DNA of 34,636 nucleotides from Candidatus Nealsonbacteria bacterium (GTDB lineage Bacteria > Patescibacteriota > Minisyncoccia > Minisyncoccales > PWPS01). This document shows positions 17,910 through 26,220 of the stretch, piece after piece. The first letter of the stretch is position 1; every line of letters starts with the position of its first letter. The stretch covers positions 1 to 34,636 of the forward strand of contig PWNV01000015.1 of the NCBI GenBank assembly GCA_003557645.1, in the 5' to 3' direction. Both the position numbers and the translations under genes were made by a program. Below the pieces are notes generated by a model. That model was not told the DNA's origin, made no database searches, and worked only from the letters and a program-made list of their open reading frames with translations.

Positions 17910-18452
17910 ATGAAGAATAAATATAGCTTTTTAATAGAAACTGCAAAGATAATTCTTATTGCACTACTTATCGTGTTGCCGGTGAGGCATTTTCTGTTTC
18001 AGCCCTTCGTTGTAAGAGGAGCTTCTATGGAGCCGAGCTTTCAAGAGGGCGATTATCTTCTTATTGATCAGCTTTCTTATCGTTTTTCCAGCCCGGAAAG
18101 GGGAGATACTATTGTTTTTCGATATCCCAGAGATCCAAGCAGAAGATATATTAAACGTATTATTGGTCTTCCAGGAGAGACTTTAGTTATAGAAGATGGA
18201 AACATTTACGTTACAAACGATGATAAAAAAGAAAAACTGGAAGAAGACTATATTTTAGAATCGGAAACTTTTTTAGGGATGAGCGTCTCTCTCGAAGAGG
18301 ATGAATTTTTTGTGATTGGTGATAATCGCGGAGCTTCTTTTGACTCCAGAGAGTGGGGTTCTCTTTCTAGTGATTATATTATTGGAAAAGTTTTTTTTAG
18401 AGTAGCTCCATTTGAAAAGGTTTTTGCACGCGTAGAAGCCCCATCTTATTAA
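17910..18452 (+). CDS. lepB: signal peptidase I
   Basis: N-terminal TM segment. Catalytic Ser box GASMEPS, Lys box KRIIGLPGE, and GDNRGASFDSREWG. ATG 17910 is preferred over the tracked TTG at 17892. Confidence 0.9.
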   Translation: MKNKYSFLIETAKIILIALLIVLPVRHFLFQPFVVRGASMEPSFQEGDYLLIDQLSYRFSSPERGDTIVFRYPRDPSRRYIKRIIGLPGETLVIEDGNIYVTNDDKKEKLEEDYILESETFLGMSVSLEEDEFFVIGDNRGASFDSREWGSLSSDYIIGKVFFRVAPFEKVFARVEAPSY

Positions 18453-18453
18453 T

Positions 18454-19713
18454 ATGTCCAAAAGTTTTCAAAGCCCAAGTGGAATGCACGATGTTTTTGG
18501 AGAGCAGTATGACTATTTTGAGAAAATAAGAGAGGTTTTTTCTAGGATGGCTACAACTTACGGATTCGAAGGGATCGAGATTCCGATAATGGAAAATGCA
18601 AAAGTTTTCAGCAGAGGAGTAGGAGAGCACACTGACATTATAGAAAAAGAGATGTATGCATTTAAAACAAAGGGAGGAGATCAGGTTGCTCTACGACCAG
18701 AAGGAACTGCGGGAATAGTACGAGCTTATATCGAACATAATCTTTATACAAAAAGTCAACCGATCAAGTTTTTTTATTTTGCTCCTTTTTTTCGTTATGA
18801 AAGACCACAAGCAGGGCGATATCGACAATTTTGGCAGTTTGGATTAGAGACAATCGGGAAAGGAGGACCGGTAGTTGATGCTCAGATTATTGCAGTGATG
18901 TATAATGTTCTCCGGGAGCTTGGTATCAAGGATTTAATGATAGAGATAAACAGCATGGGAGAGTCAAAGTGCCGAGAAGATTTCGAAAAAGTGCTAAAAA
19001 AGTACCTTCGAAAAGAAAGTTCTTCTCTCTGTGCGGACTGTAAAAGAAGGATGAAAAAGAACCCTCTTCGTGTTTTGGACTGTAAAAGGTGCATAAAAGT
19101 AAAAGAGAGCGCACCGCAAATCGTAGATCATATTTGTCCAAAGTGCCGCGAAGATTTTAAAAAGGTCCTTGAGTATCTGGAAGAACTTAAAATTCCTTAT
19201 GATTTGAATTCTTTTTTAGTTCGTGGTCTAGACTATTACACAAATACGGTGTATGAATTTTTTGCTCCAGGAGAAGAAGGAAGACTTGCACTTGGTGGCG
19301 GTGGACGTTACGATGGACTGGCCAAACTTTTAGGAGGAGAGGAAACTCCTGCTACGGGAGCAGCAATGGGAGTAGAGAGAACAGTTCTTTTAATGAAAAA
19401 TGATGGAATAAAAGTAGAAAAGGAAAAACCGAAGATTTTTATTGCACAACTCAGCGACCTGGCAAAAAGAAAGTGCTTAAAACTGTTTGAGGAGTTTAGA
19501 GAGGCTAAAATTCCTGTTTCTGAGTCTTTTGGACAAGACTCCTTAAAGGGGCAGATGAGCAAGGCAAATAAAATGAAAGTAGATTACACGCTTATTATAG
19601 GAGAAGAAGAAGCGGCAGAAGACAGGGTCATTGTTCGTGATATGGAATCAGGGCAGCAGGAGAGTTTAAGTACAAAGGAAGTAGTCAAAGAGATTAAGAA
19701 AAAATTAAAGTAA
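18454..19713 (+). CDS. hisS: histidine--tRNA ligase
   Basis: 419 aa. Class II motifs (LRPEGT, FRYERPQAGRYRQF, GGGRYD) and a C-terminal anticodon-binding domain. Confidence 0.95.
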   Translation: MSKSFQSPSGMHDVFGEQYDYFEKIREVFSRMATTYGFEGIEIPIMENAKVFSRGVGEHTDIIEKEMYAFKTKGGDQVALRPEGTAGIVRAYIEHNLYTKSQPIKFFYFAPFFRYERPQAGRYRQFWQFGLETIGKGGPVVDAQIIAVMYNVLRELGIKDLMIEINSMGESKCREDFEKVLKKYLRKESSSLCADCKRRMKKNPLRVLDCKRCIKVKESAPQIVDHICPKCREDFKKVLEYLEELKIPYDLNSFLVRGLDYYTNTVYEFFAPGEEGRLALGGGGRYDGLAKLLGGEETPATGAAMGVERTVLLMKNDGIKVEKEKPKIFIAQLSDLAKRKCLKLFEEFREAKIPVSESFGQDSLKGQMSKANKMKVDYTLIIGEEEAAEDRVIVRDMESGQQESLSTKEVVKEIKKKLK

Positions 19714-19715
19714 TC

Positions 19716-20054
19716 ATGGAAAACTGCATTTTTTGTAAAATAGCTCAAAAAGAGGTCCCTTCTGAGATTATTTACGAAGATGAAAAAGTGATTGTTTTTA
19801 AGGACCTTAATCCAAAAGCTCCTGTTCATCTTCTTGTTGTTCCTCGAGAACATATAGCTTCTGTTAGAGAGCTCGAAGAAAAGGATAAGGAGATTATAGG
19901 AGAGCTTTTTCTTGTAGCAAAAAAAGTAGCAGAAAAGGAGGGGATTGGAGAGAGTGGTTATAAATTAGCAGTAAACGTAGGAGAAGGAGGAGGACAGGAG
20001 GTATTCCACCTGCACATTCATTTGCTTGGAGGATGGAAAAATGGTAAAAGATAG
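19716..20054 (+). CDS. HIT-family (histidine triad) nucleotide hydrolase
   Basis: 112 aa. CIFCKI N-terminus and the HLHIHLLGG triad. Confidence 0.9.
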   Translation: MENCIFCKIAQKEVPSEIIYEDEKVIVFKDLNPKAPVHLLVVPREHIASVRELEEKDKEIIGELFLVAKKVAEKEGIGESGYKLAVNVGEGGGQEVFHLHIHLLGGWKNGKR

Positions 20055-20082
20055 TATAAGTTTATAAGATTAAAATAATTTT

Positions 20083-20301
20083 ATGGCGTTAGAAGTGCAT
20101 AGAAAAGACAAAGAAAATAATAGTAGTTTGGTACATCGTTTTACTCGTTCTGTAATGCAAAGTGGGATTATAAAAGAAGCGAGATCAAGAAGATTTCGCC
20201 AACGTCCCTTAAGTGATGCAGCAAAAAAACGTGCTGCTCTCAAGAAAGAGCGAGGGAAGGCGGAGTACGAGAAGATGAGGAAAATGGGGAAAATAAAGTA
20301 A
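20083..20301 (+). CDS. rpsU: 30S ribosomal protein S21
   Basis: 72 aa, very basic. L.RF.R......I..E.R.R..F..P S21 pattern. Confidence 0.8.
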   Translation: MALEVHRKDKENNSSLVHRFTRSVMQSGIIKEARSRRFRQRPLSDAAKKRAALKKERGKAEYEKMRKMGKIK

Positions 20302-20711
20302 TGGAAATAAACAATCTTACGGCATTTTCTTTTGATAAAGACAAGCTCCGCGAAGTAGCGGAGTTTGTGTTTAAAAAAGAGAAAGTGAAAGGGGAAATAT
20401 CTATTGCTTTTGTTAGTCTTGATGAAATAAGGAAGATTAATAGAGATTATCGAGGGAGGGATTACGCAACAGATGTTCTTTCTTTCTCATTTGGAGAAGA
20501 AAAGCATGATTTTCGGGGGGAGATAGTGATTTCTCCGGAAAAAATAGAGGAAAAAGGAAGTGATTTTTCAAAAGATATTTTGCGTGCTATTATACATGGA
20601 GTTCTCCATATTTTAGGATACGACCACATCAGAGAAGAAGAGGAGAGAAAAATGAAAGAGAAGGAAGAGCTTTATCTTTCCTTGGTTGAAAATAATTCAT
20701 TAAAAAGATAG
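20301..20711 (+). CDS. ybeY: rRNA maturation endoribonuclease YbeY
   Basis: 136 aa. Metal-binding HGVLHILGYDH motif. Its start overlaps the rpsU stop (TAATG). Confidence 0.9.
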   Translation: MEINNLTAFSFDKDKLREVAEFVFKKEKVKGEISIAFVSLDEIRKINRDYRGRDYATDVLSFSFGEEKHDFRGEIVISPEKIEEKGSDFSKDILRAIIHGVLHILGYDHIREEEERKMKEKEELYLSLVENNSLKR

Positions 20712-20721
20712 AATAAAAATA

Positions 20722-21936
20722 ATGAGTAAGTCTCCCACAATCGCCGCCCTTGATATCGGAACAGGAACTATAAAAGCAATAATAGTTCAGAGATCAGCTG
20801 AAGAGTCCGGCTTTAAAGTCATGGGAAAATCAGAAAACATCTCTTCTGGGATTAGAAAAGGAGTAATAGTTGATCCGGAGAGAGTAGGAAGAATTATCTA
20901 TACTACTATTTCGGAAGCGATGCAGGAAGCAGGATCTTCGGTAGAAGAGATTTATGCTAATATAAATGGGAGTCACATTTTCTCTATTTTTTCCAAAGGC
21001 TTAGTTTCTGTTTCAAGAGCGGATCAAAAGATATCACAAGAAGATATTGACCGAGTGATCGAGGCAGCGAAAGCGTTTTCTCTTCCCTCCAACAAGGAGA
21101 TTTTAGAGATAATTCCTCGCGAGTTTACAGTAGACAAGGAGGGAGGAATCAAGAATCCACTTGGATTGCAAGGAATAAGACTAGAAACAGAGATTTTGGC
21201 TATCGGAGGATTTGTTCCCTACTCCAAAAATTTGAATCAGGCAATCTCAAACGCTAAACTACAGACAAATGAACTTATTCTAAATCCCATAGCAAGCGCA
21301 AAGGCGGTTCTTACTACGGAAGAAAAGGAGCTTGGAGTTGTGGTCGTTGATATCGGTGCGGGAACCACTGGAATCTCTGTCTATGAAGAGGAAGAGCTCT
21401 TACATATTTCTGTTTTACCGATAGGGACAAATAATATTAGAAATGACATTGCTATTGGACTAAAAATTAACATAGAAACCGCAGAATTTGTAAAAAATAA
21501 ATTTGGTGCTTCTATTTTAGGAGAAAAAAGCAGCAAGAAGGAAAAACTGAAGATTCCTGAAGGAGAAGAGGTCTTTTTCCAAAGAAGTGATCTTAAAAAA
21601 ATAGCAGAACCTCGCATTAAAGAAATTTTTGACGAAATAGAGAAGGAGCTGAAAAAGATATCACGGAACGGATCACTTCCTGCAGGTCTGGTATTAACCG
21701 GGGGAGGAGCGAAAATACCTCATTTGGTTGATTTTGCTCGAAAGAGACTTGGTTTGTCTTGCCGAATAGGAGCCCCTCGCAGGTTTTTCTCACTAGAAGA
21801 GGATCCTTCTTTCTCTGTTCTTTGTGGTCTTGTTCTTGAAGGGGCAGAGGAAGAAGAGGATGAAAAGATGGGATTTGCATTTTCTAAAGGTCTTGGTGAA
21901 AAGATCAAGAAAGCGTTTAAAGTTTTTATACCATGA
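20722..21936 (+). CDS. ftsA: cell division protein FtsA
   Basis: 404 aa. Actin-fold phosphate motifs (ALDIGTGTIK, VVDIGAGTT, LTGGGA) and a C-terminal amphipathic tail (KIKKAFKVFIP). Confidence 0.9.
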   Translation: MSKSPTIAALDIGTGTIKAIIVQRSAEESGFKVMGKSENISSGIRKGVIVDPERVGRIIYTTISEAMQEAGSSVEEIYANINGSHIFSIFSKGLVSVSRADQKISQEDIDRVIEAAKAFSLPSNKEILEIIPREFTVDKEGGIKNPLGLQGIRLETEILAIGGFVPYSKNLNQAISNAKLQTNELILNPIASAKAVLTTEEKELGVVVVDIGAGTTGISVYEEEELLHISVLPIGTNNIRNDIAIGLKINIETAEFVKNKFGASILGEKSSKKEKLKIPEGEEVFFQRSDLKKIAEPRIKEIFDEIEKELKKISRNGSLPAGLVLTGGGAKIPHLVDFARKRLGLSCRIGAPRRFFSLEEDPSFSVLCGLVLEGAEEEEDEKMGFAFSKGLGEKIKKAFKVFIP

Positions 21937-22862
21937 AAAGTTTACCAAAAATTAAAGTGGTTGGTATCGGAGGAGCTGGAGGAAATGTTATTTCTAGAAT
22001 GGAGAGTTGCAATATAAAAGGAGTAGAGCTCATTGCCATAAATAGTGATTTTCAGGATCTAAAAAAAGTTAAAGGAAATGAGAGGATTCGAATAGGAAAA
22101 AAACTAACACAAGGCCTTGGAACGGGAATGAACGCGGAAGTAGGAAGAAAGGCTGCTGAAGAGAATAAGGAGGACATCGCTGAAGCACTCAAGGATTCCG
22201 ACATGGTTTTTCTTACTTGTGGACTTGGAGGAGGTACTGGCACAGGAGCTCTTCCTGTAGTTGCGGAGATTGCAAAAAAGAGCGGAGCCCTTACTATTGC
22301 TGTAGTTACGACACCTTTTTCTTTTGAAGGTAAAGAAAGGAGCCGTGTTGCTAAAAAGGGACTTAAAAAAGTACAAGACAAAGTAGACACCTTAATTCCT
22401 ATATCCAACAATAAACTTCTTTCTACGTTTGACTCAAGCATATCTCTTTCCGACGCCTTTTGGGCTTGTGATGAAGTTTTAAGGCAAGCGGTTCAAGGCA
22501 TTTCAGACCTTATTGTTCTTCCGGGGATTATTAATATTGATTTTGCGGACGTAAGAGCGATTATGAAGGACTCCGGTCCTGCCCTTTTTGGAAAGGGTGA
22601 GGCGAAGGGGAAGCGTCGTGCAAGCGAAGCAGCGTTGCGCGCTCTAAATCTTCCTTTAGTTGATTTATCGTGCAAGGATGCAAAAGGGGTTCTTTTTAAC
22701 GTGAACGGAGGAAGTGATTTAAGTCTTTCGGAGATTAACGAAATTGCGGAGGTTATCAAAGAGAAGGTTTCTCCAGGAGCAAATGTTGTTTTTGGGGCGG
22801 TGGAAGACAAAAGTTTAGGAGAAGGAGAAATTAAAGTCACTGTGATTGCCACTGGTTTTTGA
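21933..22862 (+). CDS. ftsZ: cell division GTPase FtsZ, core domains only
   Basis: 309 aa. GIGGAGGN and the tubulin signature GGGTGTG. Ends at ...KVTVIATGF. 4-nt overlap with ftsA. Confidence 0.9.
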   Translation: MKSLPKIKVVGIGGAGGNVISRMESCNIKGVELIAINSDFQDLKKVKGNERIRIGKKLTQGLGTGMNAEVGRKAAEENKEDIAEALKDSDMVFLTCGLGGGTGTGALPVVAEIAKKSGALTIAVVTTPFSFEGKERSRVAKKGLKKVQDKVDTLIPISNNKLLSTFDSSISLSDAFWACDEVLRQAVQGISDLIVLPGIINIDFADVRAIMKDSGPALFGKGEAKGKRRASEAALRALNLPLVDLSCKDAKGVLFNVNGGSDLSLSEINEIAEVIKEKVSPGANVVFGAVEDKSLGEGEIKVTVIATGF

Positions 22863-22948
22863 GAATAGTCTTTGGCGTTGTAAAAAGTGATTATATGTTT
22901 GATTGTCAAGCATATTATTTTTTTGAAGGTTTAATTTATTAAGAATAC

Positions 22949-25915
22949 ATGATTTCCCAAGTCGAAAAAAGAAACGGAGAAAAGGTAGATTTTGACAAGA
23001 CAAAAATAGAAAAAGCTATCTACAAAGCACTTACTTTTACCAAAGAGGGAGATGAAGCAAAGGCAAGCGAAGTTTCTGACAAGGTTTTTGATCTTTTGCT
23101 TAGAAGATTTAGCAAAGAAGAAGTTCCTCACGTGGAACAGGTCCAAGACATTGTAGAGGAGGTGCTTATTATGGAGGATCTTAAGGAGACAGCGAAAGCT
23201 TATATTATCTATCGGGAAAAACGAAGAGAGATAAGGGAGACCATGATAGAGCTTGACGATTCTTCAGAAATAGTAAGGCAGTACATTGACGAGCTTGATT
23301 GGCAAGTGAAAGAAAATGCTAACATGACTTACTCCCTCCAGGGATTGAATCAATACTCAACTTCTCATATTTCGAAAAAATACTGGCTCAACAAGATATA
23401 TCCAGCGAAAATAAGGGAAGCCGCTAAAAATCAGGATTTTCATATTCATGATTTAAACCTGCTTGCCACCTATTGTAATGGTTGGGACTTGCACGATCTT
23501 TTAATGAGAGGATTTGGAGGTGTTCCTTCTAAGGTAGAATCAGCTCCTCCCAAACACTTAAGACCTGCTCTTGGACAGATTGTGAACTTCTTTTTCACTC
23601 TTCAAGGAGAGAGTGCAGGAGCAACTGCAATGAGTAATCTTGACACGCTGCTTGCTCCTTTTATTAGAGAGGACAATTTAGATTATAAGGGAGTTAAACA
23701 GGCACTACAGGAGTTCTTTTTTAATTGCATGGTCCCCACTCGCGTAGGTTTTCAATGCCTTTCTGAAGATACGGAAATTTTAACTAAAGAAGGATGGAAA
23801 AAATATAACGAAATTGACAAGGGGGAAATAATAAAAACCTTTAACACAAATAAAGCAATTATAGAGGAAAAAGAGGTTAAAAAAGTGTTTAGAAAAGAGT
23901 ATAACGGCAAGATGTATAATGTCTTAAACAGAATTCAAGATCAACTTATATCTCCTGGTCATAGAATGGTAAGAAAAAAGTTTAACAGTAACAGTTATTG
24001 CCTTGAGGAAGTAGAAGAAGTTTTAAAATTGAAGTCCCCGCAAGCAATTCCTATCGCTGCGCACAATAATAATAAAAAAGTAGACTTAAGTGACGAAGAG
24101 ATAAGATTGATTGCTTGGATAGTATCCGAAGGAAGCATGGAAAGCAAGGGCAACTGGAAAAGAATAATAATCTACCAATCAAAAAAGAAGAATAAAGAGA
24201 AGTACGAAGAGATTTTATCTCTTTTAGAAGTGCTTGGAATAGATTACTCTTTACAGGAGGGTGCAAAATCGTTAGGAGAAACTGTAATGCAGATTAGGTT
24301 TAATTCAGACAATACAAAAAGAATTCTTAGTTGGTTTGATGAAAAAAGTAGCGTTAAAGTTATTCCACAAAAATTACTGGAGATGGACCAGGAACAAAGC
24401 AAGCTATTTTTAGAAACTTACATCAAGGGAGATGGGCACGAAGGATCAAAAATTACAATATCAGAAAAAAAGATATTGGAAGATTTGCAAAGAATTGTGG
24501 TTAATGCTGGATATGGATTTACTACAGCAAAAAGAAAGTCTTCTGGGGTAGGTAATAAATTGCTGTATATTTTAAGAATTATCAGACATCAAGAAACTTA
24601 TATCAGAGAAATCAAAGAAGTTAACTATAAAGGAGTTATTTGGTCGGTTAACACAGAAAACGAAACTGTTATTGCGAAAAGAAAAGGAAAGGTCTTTATT
24701 ACTGGAAATACTCCATTTATAAATACTTCTCTTGATGTGACGGTTCCCCAGCATATGAAAAATCAGCCAGTGGTGATCGGAGGAAAATTAAGAAAAGAGA
24801 CATATGGAGAGTATCAGGAAGAAATGGATCTCTTCAATAGAGCTTTTTATGAAGTTTTAATGGAAGGAGATGCCAAAGGAAGGCCTTTTACGTTCCCCAT
24901 TCCTACTATCTCTGTAACAAAAGATTTTGATTGGGATAATAAAGCTCTAGATAAGATGTGGGAAGCTACTGCTAAGTACGGAATTAATTATTTCTCTAAC
25001 TTTGTTCAGTCAGACATGAACCCAGAGGATTTTCGGAGCATGTGTTGCCGTTTGCGCCTTGACAATAAAGAGCTTGTAAAGCGTGGTGGAGGGCTTTTTG
25101 GAAGCCAACCACTTACCGGTTCTATTGGAGTTGTCACAATAAATATGCCGCGAATCGGATACCTTTCAAAGACAAGAAAAGATTTCTTTTCTCGACTTGC
25201 AGACATTATGGACTTAGCCAAGGAAAGTTTGGAAATAAAGAGGAAAGTGATTGATGATTTTGCGGAGAAGGGTCTTTATCCTTACAGCACCCATTATTTA
25301 TCTTCTGTTAAAGAGATGAGGGGAACTTATTTTGGAAATCACTTTTCTACTATTGGACTTCTTGGAATGAACGAGGCTTTAATGAATTTTCTTGGCAAAG
25401 ACATTACAACAAAAGAAGGGAAAGATTTTGCTCTGGAGGTCCTCGAATTTATGAGAGAAAGACTTGTTTTTTACCAAGAAGAAACAGGCAATCTTTACAA
25501 TCTGGAAGCAACTCCCGGAGAAGGAGCTTCTTTCAGACAGGCAAAAATAGATAAAGAAAAATATCCGGACATTATCACTGCAGGAACAGAGGAGAAACCT
25601 TATTACACCAACTCTATACACCTTCCTGTTGGCTACAGTAACGATCCTTTTGAAATTCTTGACATGCAAGATGATCTGCAGTGCGCTTTCACGGGAGGAA
25701 CAGTGGTGCATTTGTTTTTAGGAGAGCAAGTTTCTAGCCCGGAAGCAGCGAAGAGATTAATCAAGAAGATATTTGAAAATTATCATCTTCCTTACGTTAC
25801 CATCACCCCCACCTTTTCAATTTGCCAAAATTGTGGTTATCTTAAAGGAGAGCAGTACTACTGCCCTCATTGTAACATTAAAGGTCCTAAAGAAGTTATT
25901 AAAAAAATAAAATAA
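22949..25915 (+). CDS. nrdD: anaerobic (class III) ribonucleoside-triphosphate reductase large chain, intein-containing and lacking the glycyl-radical loop
   Basis: N-terminal ATP-cone. CCRLRLD finger-loop motif. NLEATPGE. C-terminal Zn ribbon TPTFSICQNCGY..CPHC. A 318-aa insertion with intein hallmarks. No R-x-x-G-Y motif before the stop. Confidence 0.9.
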   Translation: MISQVEKRNGEKVDFDKTKIEKAIYKALTFTKEGDEAKASEVSDKVFDLLLRRFSKEEVPHVEQVQDIVEEVLIMEDLKETAKAYIIYREKRREIRETMIELDDSSEIVRQYIDELDWQVKENANMTYSLQGLNQYSTSHISKKYWLNKIYPAKIREAAKNQDFHIHDLNLLATYCNGWDLHDLLMRGFGGVPSKVESAPPKHLRPALGQIVNFFFTLQGESAGATAMSNLDTLLAPFIREDNLDYKGVKQALQEFFFNCMVPTRVGFQCLSEDTEILTKEGWKKYNEIDKGEIIKTFNTNKAIIEEKEVKKVFRKEYNGKMYNVLNRIQDQLISPGHRMVRKKFNSNSYCLEEVEEVLKLKSPQAIPIAAHNNNKKVDLSDEEIRLIAWIVSEGSMESKGNWKRIIIYQSKKKNKEKYEEILSLLEVLGIDYSLQEGAKSLGETVMQIRFNSDNTKRILSWFDEKSSVKVIPQKLLEMDQEQSKLFLETYIKGDGHEGSKITISEKKILEDLQRIVVNAGYGFTTAKRKSSGVGNKLLYILRIIRHQETYIREIKEVNYKGVIWSVNTENETVIAKRKGKVFITGNTPFINTSLDVTVPQHMKNQPVVIGGKLRKETYGEYQEEMDLFNRAFYEVLMEGDAKGRPFTFPIPTISVTKDFDWDNKALDKMWEATAKYGINYFSNFVQSDMNPEDFRSMCCRLRLDNKELVKRGGGLFGSQPLTGSIGVVTINMPRIGYLSKTRKDFFSRLADIMDLAKESLEIKRKVIDDFAEKGLYPYSTHYLSSVKEMRGTYFGNHFSTIGLLGMNEALMNFLGKDITTKEGKDFALEVLEFMRERLVFYQEETGNLYNLEATPGEGASFRQAKIDKEKYPDIITAGTEEKPYYTNSIHLPVGYSNDPFEILDMQDDLQCAFTGGTVVHLFLGEQVSSPEAAKRLIKKIFENYHLPYVTITPTFSICQNCGYLKGEQYYCPHCNIKGPKEVIKKIK
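23756..24709 (+). mobile_element. intein with LAGLIDADG homing-endonuclease domain inside nrdD (Cys270 to Asn587, +1 Thr588)
   Basis: Starts CLSEDTEILT (block A). SPGH looks like a block B variant. LAGLIDADG-like LIAWIVSEGS and FLETYIKGDGH. Ends VIWSVNTENETVIAKRKGKVFITGN, followed by T. Removing it restores RVGFQ-TPFINTS, matching the conserved NrdD G-x-Q-x-P-F region. Confidence 0.85.
25901..25907 (+). other. A7 homopolymer 6 nt upstream of the nrdD stop; a possible slippage or error site linking nrdD to the next ORF
   Basis: Sequence is att aaa aaa ata aaa taa. One extra A, or a -1 ribosomal slip here, reads ...VIKKNKINMKKPIF..., which is in frame with 25918-26220. Confidence 0.4.
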
Positions 25916-25917
25916 AT

Positions 25918-26220
25918 ATGAAAAAACCAATTTTCAAAACCATCGAAAAGGCACTGGATACAAGGCAGTGTTTTGATTGTGCTACTAAAATAGAAATAGA
26001 AGGAGATGATCTAAAGAATGGCTCCATTCTTCTTTATGAGGACAATAAGGAGAAGTTTTTTGTTATAAAATGTGACGATTGTTACTCTAAAAATCCAGGA
26101 ATTTCTGGTTACAAAGAGTGTGAGGTTTATTCTCGTATTGTCGGGTACCTTCGACCAGTTCAAAACTGGAACGACGGAAAAAAGAGAGAGTACGAAGAAA
26201 GAGCTACCTTTAACTACTAA
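25918..26220 (+). CDS. stand-alone glycyl-radical module of NrdD with its own CxxC..CxxC motif
   Basis: 100 aa. The C-terminal EVYSRIVGYLRPVQNWNDGKKREYEERATF is the canonical NrdD glycyl-radical tail (Gly76, nt 26143-26145). The N-terminal part carries CFDC-x30-CDDC. Confidence 0.8.
   Translation: MKKPIFKTIEKALDTRQCFDCATKIEIEGDDLKNGSILLYEDNKEKFFVIKCDDCYSKNPGISGYKECEVYSRIVGYLRPVQNWNDGKKREYEERATFNY

Noticed and set aside
17854-17946. N-terminal extension of pth (31 codons) overlapping lepB.
   Set aside because: Pth homology starts at the conserved LIVGLGNPG, just after M32. The extension covers both divergent promoters and the lepB start.
18454-19713. Cys-rich segment in HisRS (CADC..C..C..CPKC) as an unusual insertion.
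   Set aside because: It sits in the normal HisRS insertion-domain position with the conserved NPLRVLDCK context. Cys-containing variants of this region occur in ordinary bacterial HisRS.
22863-22948. Possible NrdR boxes or a clear promoter upstream of nrdD.
   Set aside because: AGTGATTATATGTTTG and nearby AT-rich segments match the NrdR palindrome consensus poorly (several core mismatches). No pair of boxes with the usual spacing was found. TTGTCA at 22903 has no acceptable -10 at 16-18 nt.
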